Positions 61,993 through 64,000 of a DNA stretch of 64,000 nt are shown here, piece by piece. The position numbers and the translations under genes were made by a program. The notes under the pieces are model-generated. The model had not been told where the DNA came from, did no database searches, and was given only the letters and a program-made list of their open reading frames with translations. The DNA comes from an uncultured Chloroflexia bacterium (GTDB lineage Bacteria; Chloroflexota; Limnocylindria; Limnocylindrales; CSP1-4): positions 96,001-160,000 of the forward strand of contig CAVVCZ010000001.1 in NCBI GenBank assembly GCA_963746845.1, in the 5' to 3' direction. The first letter of the stretch is position 1, and each line of letters opens with the position of its first letter.

Positions 61993-62776
61993 CTAGCCGC
62001 CCGGGGCGATCCGTCCGCCTCGCTCGATCGTCCCATCGGCCGCGGCGATCCGTCGCCGGGCCGCCTCGACGTAGGCCGGCTCGAGCTCGATCCCGATGAA
62101 CTGCCGGCCGAGCTCCAAGGGCAGCGACGCCGGTCGAGCCGACGCCCATGAACGGGTCCAGCACCACGTCGCCGGGGTTGGAGCCCCATTCGACGAGCTG
62201 GCGCAGCACCCGGAGCGGCTTCTGGGTCGGGTGGACCGGGTCCTTCACCCGCTCGCGACCCGCGCAGATCGGGGCCTCGATGAAGTTGTGCATGTCCCGC
62301 TGTCGCCCGAAGTTCCAGGTGTGGCCCTTGTCCCAGCACGCGACGATCAGCTCGCACGAGTTCAGGAACCCGGCCCGACGGAGCTTGGGCGGCGGGTTCG
62401 TCTTGTGCCAGACGACGAACTGGAACGTGTCGAAGGCCGGGTCGAAGACCTCGTGCCAGCGGCCCAGCAGGTTGTAGCTCGTGAAGGCGAACAGCGTGCC
62501 TGTGGGCTTGAGGACGCGTCGGAACTCCGCGAGCCAGTCGGCGGGCTCGAACGGGAGCTGGTCCCACGCTGCGACGTCGTTGTTGAAGTCCTTGCGCCAC
62601 GACATCGCGATGTTGCCCGTGGAGTAGGCGCCGAGGTTGTACGGCGGGTCAGTGCAGATCAGGTCGACACTGTTGTCCGGGATGCGCGCGAGGAGCTCGC
62701 GGCTGTCGCCCCGCCACAGGGCTGCGACGTCGTCGACCGACTGGTCAGTCGCCGCCGGATCCGCCGCCTCGAGCAC
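61993..62776 (-). CDS. Beta-class N6/N4 DNA methyltransferase with apparent +1 frameshift near 62117
   Basis: DPPYN (motif IV) precedes HPTQKP and DPFMGVGST (motif I). Removing one base from CCTTGG restores ALELGRQFIGIELEPAYVEAARRRI to TAG 61993. Confidence 0.82.
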
Positions 62777-62885
62777 CCGCGAATCGTAGCGGTCGCGGAC
62801 GGCGGGGGCGCGCGCTCGGCGCCTCGAATCGAGAACGGCGGGTCGTGGACCCGCCGTTCGGCGTCTGATCCGGGATTGGGACGGG

Positions 62886-63098
62886 TCAGGCCCGGGCCTG
62901 GCGCTCGAGTCGCTTCTGGAACCGCTCGACCTGGCCGGCGGTGTCGATGATCGTCTGTTTGCCCGTGAAGAACGGGTGGCAGTTCGAGCAGACGTCGACG
63001 CGCAGCTCGGGACGGGTGGATCCAACGACCCACTCGGTGCCGCACGAGCCGCAGTGGACCTTGGCCTCGTAGTACTTGGGATGGATGTCGGGCTTCAC
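62886..63098 (-). CDS. rpmE: 50S ribosomal protein L31 (zinc-binding type)
   Basis: MKPDIHPKY, CGSC, CSNCHPFFTG. Confidence 0.97.
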   Translation of the reverse strand: MKPDIHPKYYEAKVHCGSCGTEWVVGSTRPELRVDVCSNCHPFFTGKQTIIDTAGQVERFQKRLERQARA

Positions 63099-63175
63099 GG
63101 TTCCGTTCTCTCCTCCGACGCCTTCCGTTCCGGGACGAACGCCCGGCCGGTGGTCGACGGCTTGCGCTGCTGGCT

Positions 63176-63595
63176 TCAGGCCTCGGCAGCCGCGGGGGTG
63201 CTGGTGGCGGCCTTCGCGGCGGTCTTCGTCGCGGCAGCCTTGCTTGCGGTCTGTGCGGTCTTCGGGGCCGGCGCGGCCTTGGTGGCCCTGGCGGTCGGCG
63301 CGGCCTTCGCGCGGGCCGCGGGCGCCGCCTTCGGCGCGGTCTCGAGGGCCTCGACGCGGATCCGCTTCTTGTTCTTCGTCGCGTGCTCGAACCGGACCTT
63401 GCCGGTCGTCGTCGCGAACACCGTGTAGTCGCGGCCGAGCCCGGTGCCGGTGCCGGCCAGGAACGTCATCCCGCGCTGGCGGACGATGATCGAGCCGGCC
63501 GGGACGATCTGGCCGTCACCGACCTTGACGCCAAGGCGCTGGCCGACCGAGTCCCGGCCGTTCTTCGAGCTGGAGCCAGCCTTCTTGTGGGCCAT
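63176..63595 (-). CDS. rpmA: 50S ribosomal protein L27 with Ala/Lys-rich tail
   Basis: [25 protein letters not shown]. Confidence 0.97.
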   Translation of the reverse strand: MAHKKAGSSSKNGRDSVGQRLGVKVGDGQIVPAGSIIVRQRGMTFLAGTGTGLGRDYTVFATTTGKVRFEHATKNKKRIRVEALETAPKAAPAARAKAAPTARATKAAPAPKTAQTASKAAATKTAAKAATSTPAAAEA

Positions 63596-63600
63596 CGGGT

Positions 63601-64000
63601 CTACTCGTCCTTCTTCGTCGCGGGCGGCTTGGGCTTGGGGGTCGACTTCGTCGCCGGCTTCGTGTCGGCCGCGCCGCTCTGGGTCTTGGCTCGGGGCGTC
63701 TTCGGCTCCGCCTTCGCGGGAGCGGCCTTGGCGGCCGGCTTCGCGGCGGTGCCCTTGGCCGCGGGCTTGTCCGTTGCCTTGCCGGTCGCCTTGGCCGGCG
63801 TCTTCGCCGGAGCCTTGGCGGCCGACGCCTTGGCGAGCTTCTCCGCGAGGGCGGCGTCCTCGGCGGCCTGCTTCGCTGCAGCTTCCTGGAGACGATCGCG
63901 CTCGGTCTTCGCGGCGGCATCCGCCTTCCGCTTGTCCTCGGCCGCGCTGCGCTCGCCGAGCTTGACGTCGGTGATCCGGAGGATCGTCAGCTCCTGGCGG
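63601..64000 (-). CDS. rplU: 50S ribosomal protein L21, C-terminal part with long Lys/Ala/Pro-rich extension
   Basis: Manual translation [13 protein letters not shown] (L21 C-terminus), then ...[14 protein letters not shown]...TKKDE-stop, directly upstream of rpmA. Confidence 0.85.
   Translation of the reverse strand, partial: RQELTILRITDVKLGERSAAEDKRKADAAAKTERDRLQEAAAKQAAEDAALAEKLAKASAAKAPAKTPAKATGKATDKPAAKGTAAKPAAKAAPAKAEPKTPRAKTQSGAADTKPATKSTPKPKPPATKKDE

Noticed and set aside
59813-63025. 1070-aa ORF fusing a DNA methyltransferase to RF1
   Set aside because: Artefact of the methyltransferase frameshift reading through DUF1385 off-frame; the middle part is not protein-like.

Overview
High-GC chromosomal window; gene content and order suggest a monoderm Terrabacteria member, most plausibly Chloroflexota (inference, not tested). 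It has four blocks. (1) 0.7-19 kb: a cell-surface modification cluster with about ten polytopic GT-C-type glycosyltransferases (GT87/DUF2029-like and GT39/ArnT-like), a GT2 polyprenyl-phosphate glycosyltransferase, a membrane-fused spermidine-synthase-like protein, and a small YIDPGxGS protein/NoeA-like methyltransferase/sulfatase-like triad. (2) 19-30.5 kb: a DegS-like kinase, a NarL/DegU-like regulator with an N-terminal YxGPERR..GPDRR motif and a second kinase-like protein with a degenerate ATPase domain, followed by five tandem Flp pilin genes and a cpaB-cpaE-cpaF-tadB-tadC Tad pilus operon without a secretin. (3) 30.6-39 kb: an HTH-PD-(D/E)XK gene with short palindromic repeats, comF, hpf, nfo, another GT39, an XRE regulator and a PHP/flippase-like pair. 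(4) 39-64 kb: housekeeping genes on the minus strand (rplU, rpmA, rpmE, DNA methyltransferase, DUF1385, prfA, glycogen debranching-like enzyme, prmC, Cof, tsaC, glyA, tagO/wecA, PKD and Ig-like surface proteins, the full atp operon, murA with Cys-to-Asp at the active site, mreB/mbl). I saw no rRNA, tRNA, CRISPR array, transposase or integrase. The best candidate for an undescribed system is the kinase/pseudokinase/arginine-rich regulator module in front of the multi-copy pilin array and next to the GT-C cluster.
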